This document shows, piece after piece, positions 43,414 through 44,751 of a stretch of DNA of 44,751 nt (positions are counted from its first letter, which is position 1; each line of letters begins with the position of its first letter). The stretch lies in the IMG/VR virus record IMGVR_UViG_3300012894_000123, positions 1-44,751 of that record; one strand, written 5' to 3'. The notes beneath the pieces are model-generated. The model searched no databases, had not been told where the DNA came from, and was given only the letters and a program-made list of their open reading frames with translations. The DNA is from a virus. Its lineage: Duplodnaviria; Caudoviricetes. Position numbers and translations under genes: made by a program.

Positions 43414-44751
43414 ATGAAAATTACCCGCCAGCTGCGCCTCGACGCCCTGGCCGCCGACGGCACGGCCCCCATCCAGCTCACCATCACCTGGGAGGGCAAC
43501 CGCCTACGCCTTGGCACCGGCGCCGTGGTGAAGCCGGAGCACTGGGACGATGAGCAGCACGAGGTACGCGCCGTGCGCGGTACGCCCCACGCCGGCATTA
43601 ACCCACGCCTAAACCGCGCGAGCGAGGCCGCCCAGCACGCGCTAGAAGTGGCCCACCGCGAGGGCCGCAAGCTGCCGAAGGACGAGTTGAAAGTAGCCGT
43701 GGACGCGGCCCTGGCGCTGACCCCGGTGGCCGAGGTCGCGGCGGCCGCCGCGCCGGCGGTCACGGCGGATTTCGAGACGCTCCAGCGCCAGTGGATTAAA
43801 GAGCAGCGCGACCAGCCGCGTAGCCACTCGGGCAAGCCCCTCGCCAAAACCACCATGGCTGGCATGGAAGCGACGCTGCAACGGTTCCTGCAGTACCAAG
43901 AAGCGCGGGGCGTGACGCTGAGCGTCGAGCGCCTGGACCTGGCCTTTTACCAGGACTTTCGCACCTACCTGCTCGAAGAGCTAGGCCAGCGGCTTAATAC
44001 CTTCGGCAAGCACATCAGGCGCCTCAAGACCTTCCTCTCGTGGGTCGAGGGCGAGCTGGATATGCCGGTGCACCGGCACTACCGCAAATTCAAGGCCCCC
44101 AACAAGCGAGGCCGAGTGGATGCGCTCACCGAACAGGAGCTGTACCAGGTGGCAGGCATCGACTTCAACGACCCGGCCACGCGGGCCCAGCTGGTCGAGC
44201 TGCGCACGGAGCTAGGCCGCGCCACCGGCAAGCACCAGGGCGAGCACCTGGACGAGGCTTGGATAGCCCACGTGGAGCTAGCCCGCGACAAGTTTTTGCA
44301 GTGCTGCTACATGGGCCTGCGCATCAGCGATGCTAACCGCGCCGCCTGGCAGCACGTGCGCGGCAACCTGGTGGTGCTCGACAACACGGCCAAGAACGAG
44401 GCCACGGTGTACATCCCCTTCTTCGACGACGACCACTTTAAGCCCGTCGCCCTAGCTGAACGCTATGAGCACCGCTCCCCCTTCGACCTGCTCGTGCCTG
44501 AGTGCTACCGCACGAATGAGTTTTTGCGCGTGGTGCAGCGCCTGGCCGGCATCACCAGCCTGAAGCTGACCACCAAAATCGGCCGCAAAACGTTCGTCAC
44601 GCGCAAGCTCTACCAGGGCGTGCCGGCGCGCATTATTATGCAGGCGACCGGACACCAGACCGAGGAAGCATTCAACCACTACGTGGGGGTGGATGAACTA
44701 AAACTGGTCGAAGAATTCATGCGCAAATCCACCCGGCGCCGGGCGGCCTAG
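43414..44751 (+). CDS. int: Tyrosine integrase (arm-binding, SAM-like and catalytic domains)
   Basis: DGTAPIQLTIT..RLRLGTG..VKPEHWD arm domain; GLRISD, KIGRKTF, TGH and FNHY catalytic residues. Confidence 0.95.
   Translation: MKITRQLRLDALAADGTAPIQLTITWEGNRLRLGTGAVVKPEHWDDEQHEVRAVRGTPHAGINPRLNRASEAAQHALEVAHREGRKLPKDELKVAVDAALALTPVAEVAAAAAPAVTADFETLQRQWIKEQRDQPRSHSGKPLAKTTMAGMEATLQRFLQYQEARGVTLSVERLDLAFYQDFRTYLLEELGQRLNTFGKHIRRLKTFLSWVEGELDMPVHRHYRKFKAPNKRGRVDALTEQELYQVAGIDFNDPATRAQLVELRTELGRATGKHQGEHLDEAWIAHVELARDKFLQCCYMGLRISDANRAAWQHVRGNLVVLDNTAKNEATVYIPFFDDDHFKPVALAERYEHRSPFDLLVPECYRTNEFLRVVQRLAGITSLKLTTKIGRKTFVTRKLYQGVPARIIMQATGHQTEEAFNHYVGVDELKLVEEFMRKSTRRRAA

Larger units (their letters stand above)
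1..44751. mobile_element. Temperate siphovirus-like prophage (Bacteroidota-type), near-complete
   Basis: Integrase, divergent CI/Cro-like pair, excisionase-like HTH, primase, terminase, portal, protease, capsid, tape measure and endolysin are all present; no host housekeeping genes and no tail sheath seen. Confidence 0.95.

Overview
The whole window is one temperate, long non-contractile-tailed (siphovirus-like) prophage, apparently near-complete. It runs from the tape-measure stop codon (base 1) to the tyrosine-integrase stop codon (base 44751); att sites are not visible and presumably lie outside. Protein types, a TAnnTTTG promoter box and high GC suggest a Bacteroidota host, possibly Hymenobacter-like (inference). 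The minus strand carries the early/replication genes (40520-31374) and the scrambled head, tail, packaging and lysis modules (31342-1); the plus strand carries the repressor, immunity-type membrane genes and integrase. The most striking signals are non-coding. (1) A promoter-like motif, CGTCCTA-N20-(8-9 nt ending TTG), heads all seven late gene blocks and sits next to a candidate activator gene. (2) A ~107-nt multibranch RNA with GNRA and T-loop-like hairpins lies at 18243-18349. (3) A duplicated ~108-bp leader carrying a DnaA box precedes a DUF932/MgsA-C cassette. (4) A bipartite ATCACC-N5-9-CTTCTCAC motif occurs six times between genes. (5) The palindrome CCCTAGGG is strongly over-represented. 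A late-block ParB-like plus GREB1/TAGT-like glycosyltransferase pair suggests DNA modification, but no partner base-hydroxylating enzyme is visible. All family calls come from motif recognition by eye, not database searches.
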